From: an uncultured Gammaproteobacteria bacterium
GTDB lineage: Bacteria > Pseudomonadota > Gammaproteobacteria > Arenicellales > JAANXG01
Assembly (NCBI GenBank): GCA_947258975.1
Contig: CAMYKK010000003.1
Location: 24,503 to 88,502 of the forward strand
Length of the DNA stretch: 64,000 bases
Reading direction: 5' to 3'
The position numbers and the translations under genes are program-made. Under the pieces are notes generated by a model. The model did no database searches and had not been told where the DNA came from. It saw nothing but the letters and a program-made list of their open reading frames with translations. Below, in pieces: positions 36,115 through 47,037 of this stretch. The first letter of the stretch is position 1; every line of letters starts with the position of its first letter.

Positions 36115-37230
36115 TCATCGATTGTGCCCGGTATTTAATTTGCGCTCCAGGGCTTGGCTGTAGCGCGACATTCCGTAGCAGAAAATCCAGAATATCAACG
36201 CCGCGAATACATAACCTTCCACCGCATATCCCAACCAACTCGGGTCCTTGATGGCGGCTTCCACCGCGCCGAGAATATCGAAAAGCCCAATAATAATGAC
36301 CAAAGTCGTGTCTTTAAACAGCGCGATCAAGGTATTCACGATTCCCGGAATGACCAGCTTCAGCGCTTGCGGCAGGACAATCAGCGACATGCTTTTCCAG
36401 AAGTTGAGCCCGAGCGCTTTGGCTGCCTCATATTGTCCGCCAGGGATGGCCTGCAGACCGCCGCGCACAACCTCGGCCATATACGCGGACTCGAACAGAG
36501 TGATCCCGATCAACGCACGTAATAATTTATCGAAGGTGACGCCCTCCGGTAAGAACAACGGTAGCATGACCGAGGACATGAATAACACCGTGATCAACGG
36601 TACGCCCCGCCAGAGTTCGATAAAGGCGACACTGAAAGCGCGGACGATCGGCATCTCCGAGCGGCGACCCAGCGCCAACAAGATTCCGATCGGCAAAGAA
36701 GCAACCATCCCCACAGAGGAGATGATCAGGGTCAGCATTAGTCCGCCCCATTGGTCGGTAGTTACCAAGGGCAAGCCAAGTATGCCGCCGGTGAACATTT
36801 CGAAGGCGATGAACGGATAAGCAAAGAGCAGAAAGAAGCCTAGCCAGGCCTTGTAGGGAAAACTCCGTATGAAAAGCGGTACGATCAAGACAATCAATAG
36901 GCCAAAAGCCAGATTCACGCGCCATTGTTGGGGCTCGGGATAGAAGCCATAGATAAACTGATCGAGCCGGGCGAGGACGAATACCCAGCAAGCGCCGCCC
37001 CCGGTGCAATCCTCGCGGCTTGCTCCAACCCAATCCGCAGCAATGAATGCCCAGTGAATCACCGGCGGTATCGCCAGATAGAGCAAATAAATCGCAACGA
37101 TCGTCAATACCGTATTGGATAACGACGAAAACAGATTGGCGCGCAACCAGCCGAGCATCCCGACGACCATCACCGGCGGAGGCTGATCCGCCAAGCGTTG
37201 AAATGTTTGCTGGTCCTTCGATCGGGCCAT
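36115..37230 (-). CDS. aapM: General L-amino acid ABC transporter permease
   Basis: 371-aa HisM/GlnP-type permease with the N-terminal extension typical of AapM, in operon order J-Q-M-P. Confidence 0.82.
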   Translation of the reverse strand: MARSKDQQTFQRLADQPPPVMVVGMLGWLRANLFSSLSNTVLTIVAIYLLYLAIPPVIHWAFIAADWVGASREDCTGGGACWVFVLARLDQFIYGFYPEPQQWRVNLAFGLLIVLIVPLFIRSFPYKAWLGFFLLFAYPFIAFEMFTGGILGLPLVTTDQWGGLMLTLIISSVGMVASLPIGILLALGRRSEMPIVRAFSVAFIELWRGVPLITVLFMSSVMLPLFLPEGVTFDKLLRALIGITLFESAYMAEVVRGGLQAIPGGQYEAAKALGLNFWKSMSLIVLPQALKLVIPGIVNTLIALFKDTTLVIIIGLFDILGAVEAAIKDPSWLGYAVEGYVFAALIFWIFCYGMSRYSQALERKLNTGHNR

Positions 37231-37234
37231 GGCC

Positions 37235-38431
37235 TTAGCGTTCCACGAGGGCGGCTTTTTTGTTGTACCAGTTCATAAACATCGAAATCAGCAGGCTAAT
37301 GGTCAGATATACCGCCATTGTCATGAGGATGATTTCCACCGCCTGACCGGTCTGATTCAAGGTGGTGCCGGCCCATACTGCCACCAGATCGGGATAGCCC
37401 ACCGCAGTTGCCAGCGAGGAGTTCTTGGTCAGGTTCAGATATTGGCTGGTCAATGGAGGGATTATGACGCGCAAGGCCTGGGGAATGACCACTAACCGCA
37501 AGGTCAGCGCGGGACGCAACCCCAGCGCGAAAGATGCCTCGGTTTGCCCGTGACTGACCGCGAGAATTCCTGCGCGCACTATTTCGGCAATGAACGCGGC
37601 GGTGTAAATCGACAGCGCGAGCAGCAAGGCTACGAGTTCGGGGATCAGCGACAGTCCACCGCGGAAGTTGAAACCCTGCAGCACGGGCATTTCCCAGGAC
37701 AACGGAAAGCCAGTCACCGCGAATACGATTACGGGCACACCGATGATGAGGCCAAGGCAGGCGAGCATTACTGGAAATTGTTGACCGGTGACGTCTTGCC
37801 TTTTACGCGCCCATCTTGCAACGAAAAAACTTGTAACGGTGCCGAGCACGAAGGCCACAACCACAGCAGTAAAGGCGGTTTCAGGCCGTGGTGCCGGAAA
37901 ATACAAGCCGCGTATATTGATGAAAAAAAGGTCCAGTAACGACAGGCTCTGACGGGGCGACGGTAATGCGCTGAGCACCGCGAAGTACCAGAACAGGATC
38001 TGCAACAGTAACGGGATGTTGCGGAATATCTCTATATAAGCGGCCGCGATGCGGGCGATCAACCAGTTCCGTGACAGCCGTGCAATACCGATGACGAAAC
38101 CCAGCAGGGTGGCGAATAAGATGCCGAGAAACGAAACCAGGAGGGTGTTGAGCAGGCCAACGAAGAAGGTGCGCCCGTAAGTGTGGGTTTCATCGTACTC
38201 GATTAACGACATCAAGATACCGAACCCGGCTCGTAAATCCAGAAATCCGAAACCGGTGGAAATACCCCGCTGCGCCATGTTGGTCAGCGTATTGTTGATG
38301 ATATACACGAAGAACGCAGCCACCGACATCAATACGATGACTTGGAACGTCACCGAGCGAAATGTCGGGTTGTTCCAGATGGCTGTCTTGGAGGCGGGGG
38401 GGCTGGCGGCGCTTGCCTTTTTGTCGGTCAT
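37235..38431 (-). CDS. aapQ: General L-amino acid ABC transporter permease
   Basis: 398-aa permease whose size and position match AapQ. Confidence 0.82.
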   Translation of the reverse strand: MTDKKASAASPPASKTAIWNNPTFRSVTFQVIVLMSVAAFFVYIINNTLTNMAQRGISTGFGFLDLRAGFGILMSLIEYDETHTYGRTFFVGLLNTLLVSFLGILFATLLGFVIGIARLSRNWLIARIAAAYIEIFRNIPLLLQILFWYFAVLSALPSPRQSLSLLDLFFINIRGLYFPAPRPETAFTAVVVAFVLGTVTSFFVARWARKRQDVTGQQFPVMLACLGLIIGVPVIVFAVTGFPLSWEMPVLQGFNFRGGLSLIPELVALLLALSIYTAAFIAEIVRAGILAVSHGQTEASFALGLRPALTLRLVVIPQALRVIIPPLTSQYLNLTKNSSLATAVGYPDLVAVWAGTTLNQTGQAVEIILMTMAVYLTISLLISMFMNWYNKKAALVER

Positions 38432-38460
38432 CTATCCGCCATAACCGTATCTGCGAAACG

Positions 38461-38487
38461 GCACCTGCGCGCGAAGCGCGCAGGTGC
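38461..38487 (-). other. Perfect 12-bp GC-rich intercistronic hairpin just after the binding-protein gene
   Basis: GCACCTGCGCGC-GAA-GCGCGCAGGTGC lies 12 nt downstream of the aapJ stop and 29 nt upstream of the aapQ start. Confidence 0.55.
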
Positions 38488-38499
38488 GTGAGTTAGGGA

Positions 38500-39519
38500 T
38501 TAACGAAACGGGGGCGCGTATTGCAAACCACCGTCTCTCCACAGTGCGTTTTGACCGCGCGCGATCTTGAGCTTGCTACCCATGCCTACGTTGCGATCAA
38601 ACGCCTCCGCGTAGTTGCCGACCATTTTGACGATGTTGTAAGCCCATTCGTTGGGCAAACCGAGACCCTTGCCGCCGATTCCTTCGAGTCCCAGCAACCG
38701 GCGCACGCCGGGGTTTTTGCTAGTTGCCTTCATGTCGTCGACGTTGCCGGAGTTTACGCCCACATCCTCCGCCTCCAGCATCGCGTACAGGCTCCATTTG
38801 ACGACGTTGAACCACGGATCGTCCCCTTGACGTACCACCGGCCCGAGCGGTTCTTTCGAAATGACTTCCGGCAGCACAATGGCGCCGCCAGGGTCCTTCA
38901 ACTGGATACGCAGCGCGTAGAGCTGAGACTGATCAGAGGTCAACACGTCACACCGGCCCGCGTCAAAACCAGCTACAGTCTCTGCCGCTTTATCGTAGGT
39001 GATAGGGGTGTATTTCATGTTGTTGGTACGAAAGTAATCGGCGAGATTGAGCTCGGTCGTGGTGCCGGCCTGAATGCAGACAGTGGCGCCACCAAGGACT
39101 CTGGCGCTGTTTACGCCCAGGCTCTTTTTCACCATGAAGCCTTGACCGTCATAATAGCTTACGCCTGCGAAATTCAATCCCAGAGAGGTGTCGCGGGTCG
39201 TTGTCCAGGTCGTGTTGCGCGACAATACGTCGATTTCCCCGGACTGCAGCGCGGTGAATCGCTCCTTGGCGGTCAACGGGGTGAACTTGACCTTACCTGC
39301 ATCGCCGAGTACCGCGGCTGCGATCGCCCGGCACACGTCGACGTCCAATCCGTTCCATTTCCCCCGGTCATCCGGATACGAAAAACCTGGTAGCCCGGTG
39401 TTGACACCGCACTGAACGTGTCCCCGTTGTTTGACCGTATCGAGGGTGCCTGCTTGAGCAACACCGATTGACAGCATCAATAATACAGCGCTTGCTGCGA
39501 GCGCTCTAAATGTCTTCAT
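38500..39519 (-). CDS. aapJ: General L-amino acid ABC transporter substrate-binding protein
   Basis: Signal peptide MKTFRALAASAVLLMLSIGVAQA, a family 3 SBP fold, and GGAGGA 7-8 nt upstream of the ATG at 39519. Confidence 0.85.
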   Translation of the reverse strand: MKTFRALAASAVLLMLSIGVAQAGTLDTVKQRGHVQCGVNTGLPGFSYPDDRGKWNGLDVDVCRAIAAAVLGDAGKVKFTPLTAKERFTALQSGEIDVLSRNTTWTTTRDTSLGLNFAGVSYYDGQGFMVKKSLGVNSARVLGGATVCIQAGTTTELNLADYFRTNNMKYTPITYDKAAETVAGFDAGRCDVLTSDQSQLYALRIQLKDPGGAIVLPEVISKEPLGPVVRQGDDPWFNVVKWSLYAMLEAEDVGVNSGNVDDMKATSKNPGVRRLLGLEGIGGKGLGLPNEWAYNIVKMVGNYAEAFDRNVGMGSKLKIARGQNALWRDGGLQYAPPFR

Positions 39520-39667
39520 TATGTCCTCCTCCAAAGGAGTGATGACTATCCGGTCGTCAGGCCCGGATTGCGCTTGTTAGTATCCAAGAGAAACAAAGCT
39601 ACCATAACCACGCCTTTACACCAACGCCAGGTTGCGAGGCAATTCTCGGCATGTGGGCCGGCATCAT

Positions 39668-39699
39668 AAAAAAAGCCCCGCTCGCAGAGCGGGGCTTTT
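39668..39699 (-). terminator. Intrinsic (bidirectional-type) terminator after groEL
   Basis: A7, then GCCCCGCTC-GCA-GAGCGGGGC, then T4. On the minus strand the 9-bp GC stem is followed by T7. Confidence 0.85.
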
Positions 39700-39725
39700 G
39701 GTCCTTGGAACGGAAATGAGGCGGT

Positions 39726-41390
<1,665 letters not shown>

Positions 41391-41413
41391 CTAATTAATT
41401 CCGCATCCGGTAA

Positions 41414-41701
41414 TTACTCGATGACGCCCATCACGTCGTCCTCACGCATGACGAGGAGTTCCTCGCCCCCAACTTTCACTTCGGTGCCTGAATATTTGCC
41501 AAACAGGATTTTGTCGCCGACTTTGACGTCCAGCGGCCGAATCTCGCCATTTTCCTGAATCTTGCCATTGCCCACGGCAACGATTTCACCCTGCATGGGT
41601 TTCTCCGCCGCGGTATCGGGGATTACGATCCCGCCTGGGCTGGTCTTCTCTTCGTCGAGGCGTCGTACCAAGACGCGGTCATGAAGTGGACGAATAGACA
41701 T
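41414..41701 (-). CDS. groS: Co-chaperonin GroES
   Basis: 95 aa, [14 protein letters not shown]... Strong RBS TAGGAGG upstream. Confidence 0.98.
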   Translation of the reverse strand: MSIRPLHDRVLVRRLDEEKTSPGGIVIPDTAAEKPMQGEIVAVGNGKIQENGEIRPLDVKVGDKILFGKYSGTEVKVGGEELLVMREDDVMGVIE

Positions 41702-41764
41702 TCACTTAACCTCCTATATAAATTACAGAATTAACCCAATGAATTATCGACTGAAATGAGTTTA

Positions 41765-41791
41765 TTAGCACTCACTTGCGATGAGTGCTAA
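41765..41791. promoter_or_regulatory. CIRCE operator (HrcA binding site) upstream of groES
   Basis: TTAGCACTC-N9-GAGTGCTAA is a perfect match to the CIRCE consensus. Confidence 0.92.
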
Positions 41792-41818
41792 TAATATCCA
41801 TGCGAGACACGATGTCAA
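41791..41818 (-). promoter_or_regulatory. Sigma70-type groESL promoter abutting CIRCE
   Basis: On the minus strand, TTGACA (41818-41813), a 16-nt spacer, then TATTAT (41796-41791). CIRCE begins at the -10 edge. Confidence 0.6.
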
Positions 41819-42264
41819 GGGTCTTCGTCGATGCGCCGATACTCGCCGTCGACGGTGTGGCCCCGGTTGGGTTGCCGATGCGCATCGGCGCCGTCAGTGG
41901 CCCGGATCAGCCCCCGCTCCAAGGCGTAACGAATGATTGCGCGCCGCAAAGGCGGCGTTAGGCAGGCAAACCCCACGGCATCGGTGAAAAAACCCGGGGT
42001 CAGCAACAGGGCCCCGGCGACCAACAGAAACACCCCCTCCAGCAACTCCAGCGCCGGCAGGTCGCCGGCGGCAAGATTGGTCTGAATCCGCCTCAGGGTG
42101 GAAAAACCTTGCGAACGAACCAAAAATGCGCCGAGCACTGCCGTGAACACTACCAGGAACACGGTCCACGGAGCACCGATTACACTGCCGATCTTGATCA
42201 ACAGGTAGATTTCAACCAGCGGAACGAGGAGAAAAATTGCCAGCAATATCGAGAACGGTCTCAC
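41815..42264 (-). CDS. fxsA: FxsA family membrane protein
   Basis: MRPFSILLAIFLLVPLVEIYLLIKIGSVIG.. is the hallmark FxsA N-terminus. Confidence 0.85.
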   Translation of the reverse strand: MRPFSILLAIFLLVPLVEIYLLIKIGSVIGAPWTVFLVVFTAVLGAFLVRSQGFSTLRRIQTNLAAGDLPALELLEGVFLLVAGALLLTPGFFTDAVGFACLTPPLRRAIIRYALERGLIRATDGADAHRQPNRGHTVDGEYRRIDEDP

Positions 42265-43034
42265 GATTCAGTCATTGTTTCCCAAATTCGATCTAGTTCG
42301 GCACAAATGCGAGGGATGGCCGATATTAGTCTATGGTCGCCGTCTGCCACCACCTTTACCCGCAGATCGGGGACCTGCGCGCGGTTGGCAAACTTCGCGG
42401 TATTAGCGAGGGGCAATTGTGCATCCTGGTCGCCGTGGAATATGGTCAGCGGGCATTCAAGTCGCACCGGAGCGGTCAAGACGTCATAGCGGCTAATCTC
42501 CCGGACGATTTCATAACCGAGCGTGAAAGACGTCGCATGGTGGGGCTCTGAGAAACGCCGAAAACCCCGTTGTGACCAGCGGCGCAACTCCGCCGCAGGC
42601 AGGTCGGCGAGACAATTCTGCACGAAGTTGAACGCCGGGGCGACCAACAACAGTGCCCGAACTTGTTGCGGTGCCCGCTGTGCAGCGAGTAGCGACAACC
42701 AGCCGCCGAGACTGGATCCCACCAGCACCACCGGTCTTGGCGCGAGTGCTTTGAGCACGGCAAGCGTGTCCCGCAACGCGCCGGTGATCGTAAACGCCTT
42801 GAATTCGCCGTCAGACCGTCCATGTCCCGACAAGTCGAAGCGGACCCAAGAATAACCCCGCTGCGCAGCGTGTTGCGCTAGGGCGACGGCCTTTCTGCCA
42901 TCGCAGTCGGAGCGGAAACCGTGCAAGAAAACGCCTACGGGGTCGCCTTGAAAGTCACGAATATACCCACGCACGCGGATTTCAGGTGCCGTCTTTACCG
43001 TAAACTCATGCTCTTCAGCAGTGGGTGCGGACAT
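42261..43034 (-). CDS. Alpha/beta-fold hydrolase
   Basis: HGF oxyanion region, nucleophile elbow GSSLGG, and a C-terminal GDHR. Overlaps fxsA by 4 nt. Confidence 0.75.
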   Translation of the reverse strand: MSAPTAEEHEFTVKTAPEIRVRGYIRDFQGDPVGVFLHGFRSDCDGRKAVALAQHAAQRGYSWVRFDLSGHGRSDGEFKAFTITGALRDTLAVLKALAPRPVVLVGSSLGGWLSLLAAQRAPQQVRALLLVAPAFNFVQNCLADLPAAELRRWSQRGFRRFSEPHHATSFTLGYEIVREISRYDVLTAPVRLECPLTIFHGDQDAQLPLANTAKFANRAQVPDLRVKVVADGDHRLISAIPRICAELDRIWETMTES

Positions 43035-43109
43035 CGAGAAAATGCGCCTGAATCACGTGTCATAATATGCGGACCACGCAGCCTACTTCCAAGGCCGCTC
43101 GAATGGAAT

Positions 43110-43442
43110 ATGTACGCCGGCATGAAAGTCTATTATCAAGTAGTCATTACCACGTGTGCGAATGCCCAACAAGCGCAAGCGATAGCTCATGCGCTGGTCG
43201 AGGAATCTCTGGCTGCGTGTGTCAATATCGTTCCGCAAATACAATCGGTTTATCTTTGGCAGGGCTCAGTACAGTCTGACACGGAGTATCTATTGGTGAT
43301 TAAATCCAGCGCTGACAAATTCGCGGCGATCGAATCGCGGATCAAGGTCTTGCATAGCTACGAACTTCCCGAGATCATCGCAGTCCCGATCATAGATGGA
43401 TCCGTGGACTATCTGGCATGGTTAGGCGCCCCAGGCACATGA
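43110..43442 (+). CDS. cutA: Divalent-cation tolerance protein CutA
   Basis: ..VVITTCANAQQAQAIAHALVEESLAACVNIVPQIQSVYLWQG..YELPEIIAVPI..YLAWL. The start is ATG 43110 or 43122. Followed by dsbD, as in E. coli. Confidence 0.85.
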   Translation: MYAGMKVYYQVVITTCANAQQAQAIAHALVEESLAACVNIVPQIQSVYLWQGSVQSDTEYLLVIKSSADKFAAIESRIKVLHSYELPEIIAVPIIDGSVDYLAWLGAPGT

Positions 43443-45706
43443 TGGAGCTCCTCGTCGTTTTTTTCGCGTTTCTCTGGGGGTTGGCTCCGGCACACGCACA
43501 GGACGAAGAATTGCTGGAGCCCGACAAGGCTTTTGCGTTCAGTGTACAGGCGACGGCCGCGGATCGCATACAGGTCAGGTGGAGCATCGCCGATGACTAC
43601 TACATGTACCGAGACAAATTCCGAGTCCGCCTTGCAGAGGGCGACGCGGCCTTGGGCGACCTGCAGATCCCGCCTGGAAAAAAGAAACAAGACGAGTTTT
43701 TTGGTGAGGTAGAAATCTACGAAGGCGATCTCCGCATCGACGTCCCGGTGCAGCGCTACGGTACCGCGCCCACGTCTGTGGTCATTACCGCCGAGGGGCA
43801 AGGTTGTAACGAGCCGGTAGGCGTTTGTTATCCGCCCATTAGACACACCGCTACTTTGAACCTTGTCGCGGTGGCGGAAGCGAAAGATCCCCCCTCCACA
43901 GCGAAGCCGATTACATCCTTGTCCTCTTTGCGGGACCTGCTGGGCGGTGCCGGACAACAGGATGAATTTCTCGATCCGGACCAGGCGTTTAAGTTTGAGC
44001 TGGGTGCGTTGGACGCGAACACGCTTGGCGTGACATTCACCATCGCCGACGGTTACTACCTGTACCAGGACAAGACCAGGGTCAAGAGTCAAACACCCGC
44101 AGTCCGCGTGCTCGATTTCCAACTTCCTCCTGGCAAAGTGAAACAAGACGAGTTTTTTGGCGAAAGCGTCGTTTATTACCAGGGCTTTGATGCGATTGTG
44201 CCGTTACAGCGGGCGAGCCCGGAGGCGATGACGGCGTCGTTCGATGTGAGTTACCAGGGGTGTGCGGACAAGGGAATCTGTTATCCGCCGATCACCAAAA
44301 CCGTCCACTCGAAACTTCCCGGTATCGCAGACGCCGCCGCCGCTACGCTGGGTCAGCCCCTGAGTGGTGCTGTCCCTGGAGACCCGGTTCGACCCGCGAC
44401 CCCAGATACCGCGTCGGCGGCACCAGGCTACCTGAGCTATATCCTTACCGCGTTCGTGACCGGCATACTGTTGACGTTCACCCCCTGCGTGCTGCCCATG
44501 GTGCCAATCCTGTCGAGCATCATTGTCGGTCAGGGCCAGCATATCACCAAGGGTCGCGGTGGGCTGCTCGCGAGTACCTATGTGTTGGGAACCGCGGTTA
44601 CGTACACCGTGGCCGGCGTGCTCGCGGGGCTTACCGGCGAGCAACTCCAGGCCTATTTTCAAAACATCTGGGCGATCGGTGCGGTAAGCATACTGCTGGC
44701 GCTGCTCGCACTGTCGATGTTCGGGGTCTATGACATACAAATGCCGTCATTCATTCAGTCGCGCTTACAAAACAAGACGCAAGGTATACAGGGCGGCGCT
44801 CTGAGCGTGGTTTTCGTGTTGGGCATAGTGTCGGCGTTGATTGTCGGCGCGTGCGTATCGCCACTGCTCATCCTTGCGTTGGGTGTCGCGATCGCAAAAG
44901 GCGATCCAATACTTGGCGGTGCGATCATGTTTTCCATGGCCTTGGGCATGGGTGTATTTCTCATCGGGTTGGGTTTGGGAGCTGGTTTCCTGCTCCCCAA
45001 GGCAGGTCCGTGGATGGATAACGTAAAATACGTGTTTGGCGTGCTGCTGCTCGGCGTTGCGATTTATTTATTGGGCACGATTCCAGAGATTCCCGTGCTG
45101 TACTTGTGGGGCGCATTGTTGATTATCGTTGCGGTGTTTCTTGGGGCGACTCATGGATTACCGGCGGGTGCGAGCGGATGGCGATACCTATGGAAGGGCG
45201 TTGGCGTATTTTTCTTGGTGTGGGGTGTGTTGGCCCTGTTGGGCGGTATGGCGGGCAATCGCGACATCGTCAGGCCGCTGGAGGTCCGTGGTCTGAGTCT
45301 TGCGGCGGCGCCCAACTCCAACGGCATCAACGGCGAGAGCCAGCATCAGTTTATCCGTGTTGGCACGATGCAAGGCTTGGATCGTCAACTGGAACTAGCT
45401 AGGGACAACGGAAAACCCGTGTTGCTCGATTACTACGCCGATTGGTGCGTTGATTGCCTACGAATGGAAAAGGCGACCTTCAACCACCCTGACGTGACGC
45501 GGGTCCTGCGCGATCAATTCGTCCTGATCCAGGTTGACGTGACTGATCCCAGTGATCCCAACACCAAAGCGATCAAAAGGCGCTTCGGAGTGTTCGGTCC
45601 ACCGGCAATGTTGTTCTTCTCACCCAGCGGAGACGAACGCAAGGAGCTGCGCCGCTACGGATTTATGGGTCCTGAGGAGTTTCTGCAGCACATCGAGCGC
45701 GTGTAA
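43439..45706 (+). CDS. dsbD: Thiol:disulfide interchange protein DsbD with two tandem N-terminal (alpha) domains
   Basis: A signal peptide precedes two nDsbD-like units (about 43508-43858 and 43961-44302) ending GQGCNEPVGVCYPP and YQGCADKGICYPP. These are followed by the 8-TM core (TFTPCVLPMVP) and a C-terminal thioredoxin domain (YYADWCVDC). The ATG overlaps the cutA stop. Confidence 0.9.
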   Translation: MMELLVVFFAFLWGLAPAHAQDEELLEPDKAFAFSVQATAADRIQVRWSIADDYYMYRDKFRVRLAEGDAALGDLQIPPGKKKQDEFFGEVEIYEGDLRIDVPVQRYGTAPTSVVITAEGQGCNEPVGVCYPPIRHTATLNLVAVAEAKDPPSTAKPITSLSSLRDLLGGAGQQDEFLDPDQAFKFELGALDANTLGVTFTIADGYYLYQDKTRVKSQTPAVRVLDFQLPPGKVKQDEFFGESVVYYQGFDAIVPLQRASPEAMTASFDVSYQGCADKGICYPPITKTVHSKLPGIADAAAATLGQPLSGAVPGDPVRPATPDTASAAPGYLSYILTAFVTGILLTFTPCVLPMVPILSSIIVGQGQHITKGRGGLLASTYVLGTAVTYTVAGVLAGLTGEQLQAYFQNIWAIGAVSILLALLALSMFGVYDIQMPSFIQSRLQNKTQGIQGGALSVVFVLGIVSALIVGACVSPLLILALGVAIAKGDPILGGAIMFSMALGMGVFLIGLGLGAGFLLPKAGPWMDNVKYVFGVLLLGVAIYLLGTIPEIPVLYLWGALLIIVAVFLGATHGLPAGASGWRYLWKGVGVFFLVWGVLALLGGMAGNRDIVRPLEVRGLSLAAAPNSNGINGESQHQFIRVGTMQGLDRQLELARDNGKPVLLDYYADWCVDCLRMEKATFNHPDVTRVLRDQFVLIQVDVTDPSDPNTKAIKRRFGVFGPPAMLFFSPSGDERKELRRYGFMGPEEFLQHIERV

Positions 45707-46009
45707 CCTGCGGCAATGTGCGCATGATAGACGCGGGGCTAGCCAGTCCCTGCTGGTTGTCTACGGTGAGTTCCCATACCACGGGCGTGCTGGTCCTGAT
45801 GCAGTTGTCGCGCAGCGCACGCGGTGTCGTCCGCGAGTCCAGAGCGGAGTGGGAATCGCGCCAATTTAGCAGCGAAAGCCGCTAATTTTCGTCGACTATG
45901 TAGGGAAATTGGTGATCTGAGTTTATGGCTGGACATTCCAGAACACTTTGTGCACACTACGCACATTAACCTTAATTTACGGTTAAATCACGGCACGTTA
46001 GCGGCACAA

Positions 46010-46453
46010 ATGGCGAAAATCCTCGTTTTAAATGGTCCAAATCTCAACCTGTTGGGTACCCGCGAACCGGAGCATTATGGCGTCAAGACATTGGCGCAAG
46101 TCGTTGCGGGTCTCGATCAGCTCGCGACAAGCGCAGGTCACATTTTGCTGCACGTGCAATCCAATGCCGAGCACGAACTCGTCGGCACGGTGCAAAACGC
46201 CGCGGACGACGGTGTGGCATTCATAGTGGCTAATCCTGCGGCTTTTACCCACACCAGCATCGCCCTGCGCGATGCGTTTGCCGCGGTGTCCATTCCCTTC
46301 ATCGAGGTTCATCTGTCAAACATTCACGGCCGCGAGGCATTTCGGGCCCACTCGTATGTTTCCGAGTTGGCAGTCGGCGTAATCAGTGGGCTGGGTGCCT
46401 ACGGATACGAATTGGCGTTGCGAGCTGCAATCAACTATTTAACATCAAAATAA
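46010..46453 (+). CDS. aroQ: Type II 3-dehydroquinate dehydratase
   Basis: [24 protein letters not shown].. The start is at 46010; the track ORF has a 62-aa spurious extension. Confidence 0.93.
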   Translation: MAKILVLNGPNLNLLGTREPEHYGVKTLAQVVAGLDQLATSAGHILLHVQSNAEHELVGTVQNAADDGVAFIVANPAAFTHTSIALRDAFAAVSIPFIEVHLSNIHGREAFRAHSYVSELAVGVISGLGAYGYELALRAAINYLTSK

Positions 46454-46457
46454 GCGC

Positions 46458-46913
46458 ATGGACTTACGCAAGATTAAAAAACTCATCGAGCTGTTGGAAG
46501 AATCCAATCTTACTGAAATGGAAATCAAAGAGGGTGAGGAGTCCATTCGACTGAGCCGCATGTCGTTGGTCGTACCGCAAAGCGCCGCGGGGACGACGGG
46601 GGTGGCACCGCTTGTGTCCCCCAGTTCTGCGCCGCTGCCGGTAGATTCTGCAGCTCCCGCCGCGGCCGAGATCCCTGAGGGTCACCAAATCAGGTCGCCG
46701 ATGGTGGGAAGTTTCTACGCTGCGCCTAAACCAGGCGCGAAGCCGTTTGTGCAAGTGGGCGGTAAAGTGCAGGTGGGAGATACGCTGTGTGTCATCGAGG
46801 CGATGAAGATCTTCAATCAAATAGAGGCCGATAAGTCCGGTACGGTTGTTGCGGTCCTCAAGGAGAATGGCGACCCGGTGGAATATGGTGAAACCCTGTT
46901 CGTTCTCAGTTAA
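46458..46913 (+). CDS. accB: Acetyl-CoA carboxylase biotin carboxyl carrier protein
   Basis: Biotinylation motif [14 protein letters not shown] and a Pro/Ala linker. Confidence 0.95.
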   Translation: MDLRKIKKLIELLEESNLTEMEIKEGEESIRLSRMSLVVPQSAAGTTGVAPLVSPSSAPLPVDSAAPAAAEIPEGHQIRSPMVGSFYAAPKPGAKPFVQVGGKVQVGDTLCVIEAMKIFNQIEADKSGTVVAVLKENGDPVEYGETLFVLS

Positions 46914-47037
46914 GCAACCTGCCCGAATGTCGTGTCCCGTTCCGCCGCGGCGTCCTGTCGCCGGTTGGCATTGCCGCAATGCGGAACGCTTGTTACGGCC
47001 GGCATGTTAGCCTTCACAAGATCGTCATTTCCCCGCG

